Position numbers and translations under genes: made by a program. Positions 8,012 through 15,801 of a DNA stretch of 17,870 nt are shown one piece after another. Position 1 is the first letter of the stretch. Every line of letters starts with the position of its first letter. The notes below the pieces were generated by a model. It was not told the origin of the DNA. It was given only the letters and a program-made list of their open reading frames with translations, and searched no databases. Origin of the DNA: Ignavibacterium sp. (GTDB lineage: Bacteria; Zixibacteria; MSB-5A5; GN15; PGXB01); the NCBI GenBank assembly GCA_020724775.1, contig DYGG01000009.1, positions 1 to 17,870 on the forward strand. Direction: 5' to 3'.

Positions 8012-9217
8012 ATGGACAAACTTATCTATCTGGATAATGGGGCTACTACCTTCCCGAAACCGGAGGAGGTCTATCGCGCGATGGACCATGCCTATCGCAA
8101 TTACGGCGTTAATCCCGGCCGCTCCGGTTACGACCTCTGTATTTATGCCGGGAATATTGTCGATGACACTCGCCGTCTCCTGACTCGTTTTTTCAACGGC
8201 GGCCACGACCATAATCGGCTGGTCTTCTCTTATAACGCCACCGACGCCCTCAATCTGGCCATCTTGGGCTCCCTTAAAGAAGGCGACCACGCTATCAGCA
8301 CCACCATTGAGCATAATTCTGTCCTCCGCCCCTTGTATCATTGCTGGCGCGACCAGAGAGTTGAGGTCGATTATATCCCTTTTGACCGGAGAGGATTTGT
8401 TGACCCAGACGATATTGCCCGTAAAATCAGAAAAAACACTCGTCTGGTAGCGGTCAATCATGGCTCCAATGTTATCGGCACCGTTCAGCCTGTCAAAGAA
8501 ATCGGCGCTATCTGCCGCGAACGGGGAGTCACTTTTCTTATCGATGCCTCCCAGACTGCCGGGAAACTTCCTATCGACATGCAGAAAATGAATATCGATA
8601 TCCTCGCTTTCACCGGTCACAAATCTCTTATGGGTCCGATGGGTATCGGGGGGCTATATGTTCGCGATGGTGTTAATATCAGTCACACCCGCGCCGGCGG
8701 CACCGGGGTTCGCTCGGCACAGCGGACACATCTCGATGAGTATCCCTATCGCCTCGAATATGGCACCGGTAACCTGATGGGTATCGCCGGGCTGAAAGCC
8801 GGTGTTGAGTGGATTGAGACGCAAGGGCTTCTCAATATCGCTCATCAGGAAGACCAGTTATTGAAAAAACTGCGTGATGGCTTGCGCGAAATTGACGGGG
8901 TGGTTCTCTATTGCCAGGAAGACCTTACCGACCATATCGGGGTTTTATCGTTCAATATCGAGGGACTTGAAGCCTCCGACACCGGCACCATGCTCGATGT
9001 CGATTATAATATCGCCTGCCGCACCGGCTTGCATTGCGCCCCGCTGGTTCATGAGCAACTTGGCACCGACAAAGTCAAAGGAGCGGTCCGTTTCGGCCTG
9101 GGACCATTTACTACCGATGACGATATAGTGCATGCCATACAGGCTGTCCGTGAGATCGCCGCCGCCCGCAAAAAGGAGATACCGGCCGCGGTCACCAACC
9201 GTAAACCAAGTTGCTGA
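8012..9217 (+). CDS. Class-V aminotransferase-fold PLP enzyme, cysteine desulfurase (SufS/CsdA-like) family
   Basis: N-terminal 'LIYLDNGATT'. PLP-lysine motif 'FTGHKSLMGPMGIGGLYV'. Active-site loop 'RTGLHCAP' is group-II (SufS-type). Confidence 0.85.
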   Translation: MDKLIYLDNGATTFPKPEEVYRAMDHAYRNYGVNPGRSGYDLCIYAGNIVDDTRRLLTRFFNGGHDHNRLVFSYNATDALNLAILGSLKEGDHAISTTIEHNSVLRPLYHCWRDQRVEVDYIPFDRRGFVDPDDIARKIRKNTRLVAVNHGSNVIGTVQPVKEIGAICRERGVTFLIDASQTAGKLPIDMQKMNIDILAFTGHKSLMGPMGIGGLYVRDGVNISHTRAGGTGVRSAQRTHLDEYPYRLEYGTGNLMGIAGLKAGVEWIETQGLLNIAHQEDQLLKKLRDGLREIDGVVLYCQEDLTDHIGVLSFNIEGLEASDTGTMLDVDYNIACRTGLHCAPLVHEQLGTDKVKGAVRFGLGPFTTDDDIVHAIQAVREIAAARKKEIPAAVTNRKPSC

Positions 9218-9226
9218 TTTCCAAGA

Positions 9227-11176
9227 ATGCGGAATATCGTTATTCTCCGCCTTATTCTCCTCCTGATCACAGGCATTCTTCTTTCTGCCGCCGCCGGCGC
9301 CGCTAACGGCGACGTTATTCACGTAGTTTCCCATGACCGCATCAAAATTGTAACTGACCCCTCGCGCGGTTACAATCCGTATCGCTCCTGGGCGCTCTTC
9401 CCCCCGACCGGGACCGAGTACCGCAAAATTATCCTGCATATCCGCTACCAGTGCCCCGATTCACTTCACTGCGGCGAATGGGACTATATCGACAATATCT
9501 TTATCCGTCGGCGCGGCTCACAGGAAGCCGACACCGGCAAGATAGAAATGGCGCGGATGATTTCTCCCTACGGCTGGCGTTTTGGACCGGACTGGCAATT
9601 TAACTGGCAGACCGATATCACCGACTTCGGCATTCTCTTGCACGATTCTGTTGAAATTGAATTCAATCATACCGGGTATGAGAAAAATGATGACCGGGGC
9701 TGGGTGGTCACCCTCGATTTTGAGATAACTGAAGGCCCTCCGGCTATGAGATGCCTCGGTTTCGATACCCTCTGGTGCGGCTCTTTCCCCTACGGCGATT
9801 CGACACGTCCCATCGAGAATCTTCTCTCGCCAGTTACAATAAAAAATAGAACTGGCGGCTCCATCGCCCGTCTCCGGATTCTTCAGACCGGACACGGCAT
9901 GGATGAGCAGGAAAACTGCGCTGAATTCTGCCGCAAATATCGACGTCTCTTTATCGGAGATTCTCTAATTGATGAAAAATATATCTGGCGCGAGTGCGGC
10001 GACAATCCTCTCTATCCTCAGGCCGGCACCTGGATTTTCGACCGCGCCGGATGGTGCCCCGGGGCGGTTGTCCCTCCCGATATCTATGATATTCCCCTTA
10101 CCGGCGATTCGGCGGTACGGCTGGATATCGAAATGGAGCCGTACCTGAATCCCAAGAATCCAACCGCCAATTTCTTTATCCATTCCCATCTGTTTTACTA
10201 CGCACAGCCGACAGCGCGGTACGATATTACGCTCGAAGAGGTAATTGCTCCGAGTGTCCGGGATGAATACTCCCGCCGAAACCCGGTCTGTGCCAATCCG
10301 CGAATAAAAGTCAAGAACAACGGAAAAGAAATTATTTCATCATTCGCCGTGCAGTACGGATTTATCGGGGAGGAAAACTCCATTTACAACTGGAGCGGCA
10401 ATCTGACACCGCAGAAATCGCTCGAGATAACGTTGCCGGGCGCTATTGTACCGCGTGGGGGAAAGCGTGACTATCTCATAAGACTCGATATGCCAAACGG
10501 TCAGCCTGATGAATACCCGCCGGATAATTCCGGAACTGCCACTATTATGCCGGTTCCTCTGCTGGGAACTGATTTAATTCTGAACTTTCGCGCCAACCAG
10601 GATTCCACTCATAATTTCTATATCTTGACCGAGGCGAGCGGCGGGATAATTTTCGAGAGAAAGTTGGGGACCCTAAGCGCCGGCAGAATTTATCATGACA
10701 CCTTGCGTCTTCTGCCCGGATGTTATAATCTGGTCTTTGGCGACACGGCCGGCGACGGCCTCGAATTCTGGTTTAATCCGGAAGGTGGGTATGGCTATTT
10801 GCGGCTTCTCGATATGAAAGGGCATCTGCTGAAATCATTTCAAGCCGATTTCGGAAGTGAGATAGATTACTGGTTTATGGTTGGGGAGAATCCTCCTTTG
10901 GCAGTTCCTGAAGATACTCTTCCGCTGGTTACCCCGTTCCCGCCCCGCAACTCGGGGAAATTCGATATCGATATTTTTTTCAACGAGAAAACCGATTTTC
11001 GGCTCGAAATCTGGACCGAAGACAGCGCCAAACTTGTCTTTCGAAGAGACTATCGCGAAATTAAAGCCGCCTTTCTTCCGATCGATATTTCGGCCGAACC
11101 GGAGGGCATATATTTTGTGAAGGTATTCACCGAGTCAAATACCATTGTCCGGCGGGTCAGGCTGAAGCGGACTTAA
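9227..11176 (+). CDS. Secreted PNGase F-like N-glycanase homologue with additional beta-domains and a T9SS C-terminal sorting domain
   Basis: Signal peptide. Blocks alignable by eye to Elizabethkingia PNGase F: 'HCGEWDYIDNIFI' (cf. CDEWDRYANVYV, catalytic Asp60), 'ISPYGW...QTDITDF' (cf. ITPYWVGTEKLPRGLEIDVTDF), 'NCAEFCRKYR' (cf. GCAEWCFRTH, Glu206), 'DRAGWCPGAVVPP' (cf. DRAGWCPGMAVP). The C-terminus 'GIYFVKVFTESNTIVRRVRLKRT' is typical of a T9SS type-A sorting domain. It starts 9 nt after the upstream gene. Confidence 0.75.
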   Translation: MRNIVILRLILLLITGILLSAAAGAANGDVIHVVSHDRIKIVTDPSRGYNPYRSWALFPPTGTEYRKIILHIRYQCPDSLHCGEWDYIDNIFIRRRGSQEADTGKIEMARMISPYGWRFGPDWQFNWQTDITDFGILLHDSVEIEFNHTGYEKNDDRGWVVTLDFEITEGPPAMRCLGFDTLWCGSFPYGDSTRPIENLLSPVTIKNRTGGSIARLRILQTGHGMDEQENCAEFCRKYRRLFIGDSLIDEKYIWRECGDNPLYPQAGTWIFDRAGWCPGAVVPPDIYDIPLTGDSAVRLDIEMEPYLNPKNPTANFFIHSHLFYYAQPTARYDITLEEVIAPSVRDEYSRRNPVCANPRIKVKNNGKEIISSFAVQYGFIGEENSIYNWSGNLTPQKSLEITLPGAIVPRGGKRDYLIRLDMPNGQPDEYPPDNSGTATIMPVPLLGTDLILNFRANQDSTHNFYILTEASGGIIFERKLGTLSAGRIYHDTLRLLPGCYNLVFGDTAGDGLEFWFNPEGGYGYLRLLDMKGHLLKSFQADFGSEIDYWFMVGENPPLAVPEDTLPLVTPFPPRNSGKFDIDIFFNEKTDFRLEIWTEDSAKLVFRRDYREIKAAFLPIDISAEPEGIYFVKVFTESNTIVRRVRLKRT

Positions 11177-11188
11177 GAAAATCCAGGT

Positions 11189-11677
11189 TTACTTCTTTCC
11201 CAGCCGCAACAGCAACGCACTTACCCCATTCCCATCTTTAGCAGGACCGCTCAGAGAGATATGCAATGAATCCTCGCTCAACCTTTCATAACTGATATCG
11301 GTAGGCCAATCATTCGCCCGGTTCTGAAACGAAGCCCGCTTGATATTGGGGTCGAATCCAACCAGGTAGAACTTCATATCTTTTGGTTTGCCGCCGGGGT
11401 ACGGGAGCAGGAAGACTCCGGTGTCATCATACCCGAAACGTTCGAATTCGATTGAGCAGGGGTGTCCATCATGGAGTTCTTTATTCATCGACAGCATCGC
11501 CCCGCCTTCGGGCGAGGAATAGGTCGCCTCGAAACGATTGCCGCCGAAGAGCCCGGTCCATTTACCCTCCAGCCAGGTCATTGTCGCCAGATGCTCAGCG
11601 GGGGAGGGAGAGTCTCCAGTTACAGGCGCTGCCGCTAAAACGAACAGAAGAAGCCACAAATAGGATGGTTTAGCCAT
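11189..11677 (-). CDS. Secreted small protein, DUF6265-like
   Basis: The ORF track gives 11189..11779. I start at the ATG at 11675-11677 (SD GGGAGGAA), giving signal peptide 'MAKPSYLWLLLFVLAAAPVTG'. The 'WLEGKWTG' motif at the N-terminus of the mature protein resembles DUF6265. Confidence 0.6.
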   Translation of the reverse strand: MAKPSYLWLLLFVLAAAPVTGDSPSPAEHLATMTWLEGKWTGLFGGNRFEATYSSPEGGAMLSMNKELHDGHPCSIEFERFGYDDTGVFLLPYPGGKPKDMKFYLVGFDPNIKRASFQNRANDWPTDISYERLSEDSLHISLSGPAKDGNGVSALLLRLGKK

Positions 11678-11758
11678 GGATTCCTCCCTATTTATTGATT
11701 GTAATTCCTTATATAGCAATAAAATATACGATTTTATGGAAAAAGGTAAAGATATTCC

Positions 11759-11785
11759 TTGACAATCCGATGATATCATTATAAT
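11759..11785 (+). promoter_or_regulatory. Sigma70-like promoter TTGACA - 15/16 nt - TATAAT(A) upstream of the SPFH gene
   Basis: TTGACA at 11759-11764, TATAAT at 11780-11785. A strong SD TAAGGAGGT at 11799-11807 precedes the ATG at 11814. Confidence 0.5.
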
Positions 11786-11813
11786 ATCATAACGATAGTA
11801 AGGAGGTCACTAA

Positions 11814-12671
11814 ATGCTAAAAGAAAAAGAACGCAAAGCCGTTTCCGGATGGGGACCATTAATTCTCTTCTTCTTTTTCGATCTCTTCTTCATTGCCGGA
11901 ATAATCATTCTTGTCCCCTGGCTCAAGATTGTCTTCACCGTACTGCTGGTGCTGGATATCTTCTTCCTGACCGGACTATTCTTTATCAATCCCAACGAAG
12001 GGCGGGTGCTGCAGTTGTTTGGTAAGTACAAAGGGACCGCCAAAGAGCCGGGACTTCGCTGGGCAAATCCGCTTTATACCAAGCGACGGATTTCTCTTCG
12101 CGTACGCAACTTTGAAACCAACCGTCTCAAGGTAAACGACGTCGACGGCAATCCGGTCGAAATCGGTGCCATTGTTGTCTGGAAAGTGGTCGATACCGCC
12201 GAAGCCTGTTTCCAGGTCGATAACTACGAGGAATTTGTAAAAATTCAGAGTGAAGCGGCTGTCCGTAATCTTGCCACGCAGCATCCGTATGACACTCACC
12301 ATGACGAGCGTGTTTCCCTGCGGGGTCACACGGCTACTATCTCCGACCAACTTCGGATAGAAATCCAGGAGCGGCTGGCGCAGGCCGGAGTGGAGGTGCT
12401 GGAAGCCCGCATCAGTCATCTGGCGTATGCGCCGGAGATTGCCGAGGCGATGCTGCGCCGTCAGCAAGCCGGAGCTGTCATCGCGGCCCGTCAACTGATA
12501 GTCGAAGGGGCGGTCGGAATGGTCGAAATGGCGCTGGAGCAACTCTCGAGCAAGAAAATCCTTGAGCTTGATGAAGAGAAAAAAGCCGCCATGGTTTCTA
12601 ATCTTCTTGTAGTTTTGTGCGGCGAAACCTCAACCCAGCCGGTAGTCAATACCGGAACGTTGTATCATTGA
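11814..12671 (+). CDS. SPFH/band-7 (stomatin/prohibitin-like) membrane protein
   Basis: Two N-terminal TM segments, then a band-7 core 'NRLKVNDVDGNPVEIGAIVVWKVVD' and a coiled C-terminal region. It has its own strong SD and promoter. Confidence 0.8.
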   Translation: MLKEKERKAVSGWGPLILFFFFDLFFIAGIIILVPWLKIVFTVLLVLDIFFLTGLFFINPNEGRVLQLFGKYKGTAKEPGLRWANPLYTKRRISLRVRNFETNRLKVNDVDGNPVEIGAIVVWKVVDTAEACFQVDNYEEFVKIQSEAAVRNLATQHPYDTHHDERVSLRGHTATISDQLRIEIQERLAQAGVEVLEARISHLAYAPEIAEAMLRRQQAGAVIAARQLIVEGAVGMVEMALEQLSSKKILELDEEKKAAMVSNLLVVLCGETSTQPVVNTGTLYH

Positions 12672-12674
12672 GTC

Positions 12675-12863
12675 GTGGCGGAACGGAAGTCATTTTTATT
12701 GCGGGTGGATGAGGAGACTCTCAATCTGGTCCAGAAATGGGCAAACGATGAGTTTCGAAGCCTCAATGGCCAGATTGAGTTTCTCCTGCGGAAAGCCCTG
12801 AAAGAGGCGGGGAGAATCTCCCCGAAAAGCAGAGATGAAAATATTTCCGGGAATGAGTCATAA
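12675..12863 (+). CDS. Arc/MetJ-type ribbon-helix-helix DNA-binding protein
   Basis: 62 aa with a GTG start 4 nt after the SPFH stop. 'FLLRVDEETLNLVQKWANDEFRSLNGQIEFLL' follows the Arc-repressor pattern (F-x-LR-x-x-E-x-L-x-x-V...RS-N-x-I). Confidence 0.6.
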   Translation: MAERKSFLLRVDEETLNLVQKWANDEFRSLNGQIEFLLRKALKEAGRISPKSRDENISGNES

Positions 12864-13002
12864 TGAATTGCCGGTGAAGAACTATGAACAATTAACAATG
12901 ATAATAGCGTATTAACTTTGTGATTGACAGTTATTCTTCTGTATCATAAGATTAGGTAGAATCAAAACCTGTATTTAGTTTTTCCAACGAAAGGAGTATT
13001 TG

Positions 13003-13494
13003 GTGAAAGGATTTAAACCTGCCTTAATTTTGCTGGGGCTACTGGTTTTTGTTGCCTCGGCGGCGCTGGCCCAGGAGAAGCCGGCCGCGGAGAAATCGTG
13101 GTTCGACATGGCCAATTGTTCTTTCTGCAAGAATCTGGTGAAAGACACCATGCTTCTTAAGAACATGACCTGGAATCATTACGACATATCCAATGGCGTG
13201 ATGGCGGTCACCACGGTGAAGCCGGAATACAAAGCGGCATATCTGGAGGCGATGAAAGCGATGGAGCAGGTCGGCGAGGATATGGCGGCTGGTAAGATTC
13301 AGGTTCAGATGTGCGGTCACTGTGAGAATTACGGCAAACTGATGATGTCCGACGCCAAAATGGAATATGTCCAGACGGATGTCGCTGATATCGTCTTGAT
13401 AACCTCCGATAAGCCCGAAATCGTTGAGATGATAAAGAAATTCGGCCAGCGCAATCGCGAAGAACTGGCTAAATGGGAGACCGAAAAGAAATAG
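13003..13494 (+). CDS. Secreted hypothetical protein with two CxxC motifs
   Basis: Signal peptide 'KPALILLGLLVFVASAALAQE'. 'CSFC' and 'CGHC' lie about 75 aa apart. SD AAGGAG sits 6 nt before the GTG at 13003. The ORF track starts at the TTG at 13000, which sits only 3 nt from the SD. Confidence 0.7.
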   Translation: MKGFKPALILLGLLVFVASAALAQEKPAAEKSWFDMANCSFCKNLVKDTMLLKNMTWNHYDISNGVMAVTTVKPEYKAAYLEAMKAMEQVGEDMAAGKIQVQMCGHCENYGKLMMSDAKMEYVQTDVADIVLITSDKPEIVEMIKKFGQRNREELAKWETEKK

Positions 13495-13532
13495 CAGTCG
13501 GTAGAATACTCTAAACGATTAGTCAGAGTCCC

Positions 13533-13563
13533 GTGACTCTGATTTTTTAATTTATCCCGGTTC
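13533..13563 (+). terminator. Rho-independent terminator
   Basis: TCAGAGTC-ccgt-GACTCTGA is a perfect 8-bp stem followed by TTTTTTAATTT. It lies at the convergent junction with mutM and may also act weakly on the minus strand. Confidence 0.8.
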
Positions 13564-13585
13564 TTGTCGGCATCATCTATTATAC

Positions 13586-14410
13586 TTAACGAAGTATCTG
13601 GCACCGCGGGCAGTAGTGCGCCGAGCGGCTCCCGATTTTCTCTCGTCGGATTCGCCCCCCGCATCTTCGACACTTTTCCCCATCGCGACCGTACGCCTTA
13701 AGATATTTCTGGAATCCCCCCGGTTTTCCATCAACTCCGGCGAAACTGTCCACCGATGTCCCCATCTTGTCGATGGCTTTTATTAGTACCTTGATTATGG
13801 CGGAATGAAGTTCGATAAGTTTTCTTACCGTCAGCGAATCGGTCGTACGGCGAGGATGAATTCGCGCCCGATACAGCGCTTCATCGGCATAAATATTCCC
13901 CAATCCGGCAAGAAAGGTTTGGTCCAGAAGGGCCGGTTTTATCATCCGTCGGGTCGACCGAAATAGAGCCGTAAAATCGCTTGTGGAAATCTCCAGCGGC
14001 TCAGGTCCCAGTTCCCGTAACTCTTTCTGCAGGCTCAGTTCATTCGTTGGCAGCAGCCGGATATTTCCGAATCTCCGGTAATCGTTGAAGCGGAGCGTAT
14101 GTCCGTTGTTCCGGAAATAGAAGATAAGGTGATCATGTCTGTCAATCGGGGTCTCTTTGGGCAAATAATAGAAATGCCCTGTCATTTTCAGGTGCACCCA
14201 GAGAGTCAGCCCTTTATCGGTCTCCATCAGGATATTTTTCCCCCGGCGATAGACACTCACGAAACTGGACCCGGCCAGCCTTTTCAAGTCCCCCTCAAAG
14301 TACCGCCGCGCGATTTTGGGCGGCTCCATATAGACCGATTCAATTATCTGATAAAGAACGGTCCGGCGCAGACCGCGGACGACCGTTTCTACTTCCGGAA
14401 GTTCCGGCAT
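13586..14410 (-). CDS. mutM: Formamidopyrimidine-DNA glycosylase (Fpg/MutM)
   Basis: N-terminal 'MPELPEVETVVRGL'. C-terminal zinc finger 'CRRCGGRIRREKIGSRSAHYCPRCQ'. Confidence 0.9.
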   Translation of the reverse strand: MPELPEVETVVRGLRRTVLYQIIESVYMEPPKIARRYFEGDLKRLAGSSFVSVYRRGKNILMETDKGLTLWVHLKMTGHFYYLPKETPIDRHDHLIFYFRNNGHTLRFNDYRRFGNIRLLPTNELSLQKELRELGPEPLEISTSDFTALFRSTRRMIKPALLDQTFLAGLGNIYADEALYRARIHPRRTTDSLTVRKLIELHSAIIKVLIKAIDKMGTSVDSFAGVDGKPGGFQKYLKAYGRDGEKCRRCGGRIRREKIGSRSAHYCPRCQILR

Positions 14411-14435
14411 TCCTGAATCCCTGAACTATGCGAGA

Positions 14436-14642
14436 CTATTCTTTCTGGGGAAGTTTTTCCAACTCGGCGATTAGGACGTCAATATCATGGCCGTGGAGCA
14501 TCGCTCCCATCTCCAGCGTTTCCAGTTTCATAGCCGGGCATTGATAACATCCGCCATGAAAATATTTCTGGATAAGGGGGACTGCCTCCGGGACCAGTTC
14601 TATTATCTCGCCGATAGTCATATCTTTGTCTATTTTTTTCAC
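14436..14642 (-). CDS. DUF1858-type small redox protein (hybrid-cluster-protein-associated redox disulfide domain)
   Basis: 68 aa with a GTG start preceded by SD GGGAGGA. 'TIGEIIELVPEAVPLIQKYFHGGCYQCPAMKLETLEMGAMLHGHDIDVLIAEL' matches the DUF1858 pattern, including the Cys pair. Confidence 0.7.
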   Translation of the reverse strand: MKKIDKDMTIGEIIELVPEAVPLIQKYFHGGCYQCPAMKLETLEMGAMLHGHDIDVLIAELEKLPQKE

Positions 14643-14668
14643 TTACAGATCCTCCCGCGCCATATCTA

Positions 14669-15322
14669 TTATGGAAAACTTTTTCCTGCCACACGAGCCC
14701 AAATCAGTTCGCCTGCCCCGTAAGGAAGAGCATACTTCACCAGGCCGACATCCTTAGCAAACCACCAGTAAAGGTTCCCTTGAATCATCTGCTCCTGACG
14801 GCTATACAGAGGTTTGAACGACAATCGGACCTCCACACAATCCTGAAATGCTCCGGCGGGGGTTGTCACGGGCTCGGTGGAAATAATCTCCAGTTCGGCC
14901 TGCATTCGAAGGTGGGAGTTTAGAGAATCGCTCCGTATCTCCGCGGCCGAGACAAGCAGGGTGTCCCCCACGGTCAGCGACCAGGGTGTAAGCGGAACCG
15001 GCGGCTCAAAAAAGAGCGCCGGCAGATTACCGCCGCGACTGACAGTATTTTTCCACCCCACCGAATGGTCGGTCCGGATGAAATCATTCCAGCCGGTTAT
15101 ATTTCCCGCGCTGTCAAAGTAGGTAAAAGTAAAGAGGTCGTTTATCTGACCGGAAACGACCGCTTTCCCCAGCGGTCCGCTGTACTGATAAACCGCGCCG
15201 TCCACCAGCGGAAAATAACGACTGAAGTCAGTCTTCGCCGGACGTTCCGCTTTTTGAATACAGGACAAAAGGAGAACGGGAAGAAGAACCGGAAAAATTG
15301 ATGCCGCCGAGCGGATTTTCAC
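14669..15322 (-). CDS. Hypothetical lipoprotein
   Basis: Lipobox 'LLLSC' after a hydrophobic leader. The GTG start overlaps the upstream IscU stop by 4 nt (GTGA). Confidence 0.7.
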   Translation of the reverse strand: MKIRSAASIFPVLLPVLLLSCIQKAERPAKTDFSRYFPLVDGAVYQYSGPLGKAVVSGQINDLFTFTYFDSAGNITGWNDFIRTDHSVGWKNTVSRGGNLPALFFEPPVPLTPWSLTVGDTLLVSAAEIRSDSLNSHLRMQAELEIISTEPVTTPAGAFQDCVEVRLSFKPLYSRQEQMIQGNLYWWFAKDVGLVKYALPYGAGELIWARVAGKSFP

Positions 15323-15699
15323 GTGCTCTTGCCGCCCTTCCGGGAGCGGTAGTTTTCAATAGCGGCGCGAAGGGCATCGGTGGCAAGATTGGAGCAGTGC
15401 ATTTTGATAGGCGGGAGACCGTCAAGCGCCTCCGCAACCTGATTGCGAGTAAGCCTTTCCGCCTCGGCTATCGTCCGCCCCTTGACCAGTTCCGTAGTTA
15501 TCGAACTGGTGGCGATTGCCGCGCCACACCCAAAGGTCTTGAATTTGATATCGGTGATGATATCATTTTCCACTCTTATATAGATTGACATGATATCGCC
15601 GCAGGAGGCATTTCCCACCGTTCCCACACCGTCGGCATTTTCTATCTCTCCGACATTGCGAGGATTCTGAAAATGCTCGATAACTTTCGCGGAATACAT
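15319..15699 (-). CDS. iscU: Fe-S cluster assembly scaffold, IscU/NifU N-terminal-type
   Basis: Three conserved Cys in 'ASCGD', 'FGCGAAIATSS' and 'LPPIKMHCSNLATDALRAAI' (LPPVK-like motif). Confidence 0.85.
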   Translation of the reverse strand: MYSAKVIEHFQNPRNVGEIENADGVGTVGNASCGDIMSIYIRVENDIITDIKFKTFGCGAAIATSSITTELVKGRTIAEAERLTRNQVAEALDGLPPIKMHCSNLATDALRAAIENYRSRKGGKST

Positions 15700-15801
15700 A
15701 AGAAACCTTCTAAATTATATCAAACTTATCCGCTTTAATATAACAATTCCGACCGAGATTGCAAGTGAAATAATTCACATATAGCGGAAAGGCCGATTCT
15801 C

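Noticed and set aside
8009-8620. 203-aa minus-strand ORF antisense to the cysteine-desulfurase-like gene
   Set aside because: It is a shadow ORF. The sense gene has unambiguous PLP-enzyme motifs.
11440-11462. GTTCGAAT T-loop-like motif, possible tRNA
   Set aside because: It lies inside the DUF6265-like CDS and has no acceptor or anticodon arm structure around it. I found no tRNA or rRNA anywhere in the window.
11976-12542. 188-aa minus-strand ORF inside the SPFH gene
   Set aside because: It is antisense to a CDS with clear band-7 features and its own SD and promoter.
13329-13673. 114-aa minus-strand ORF spanning the convergent terminator
   Set aside because: It crosses the hairpin terminator and the 3' end of the plus-strand gene. 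It has no SD and a junk-like sequence.
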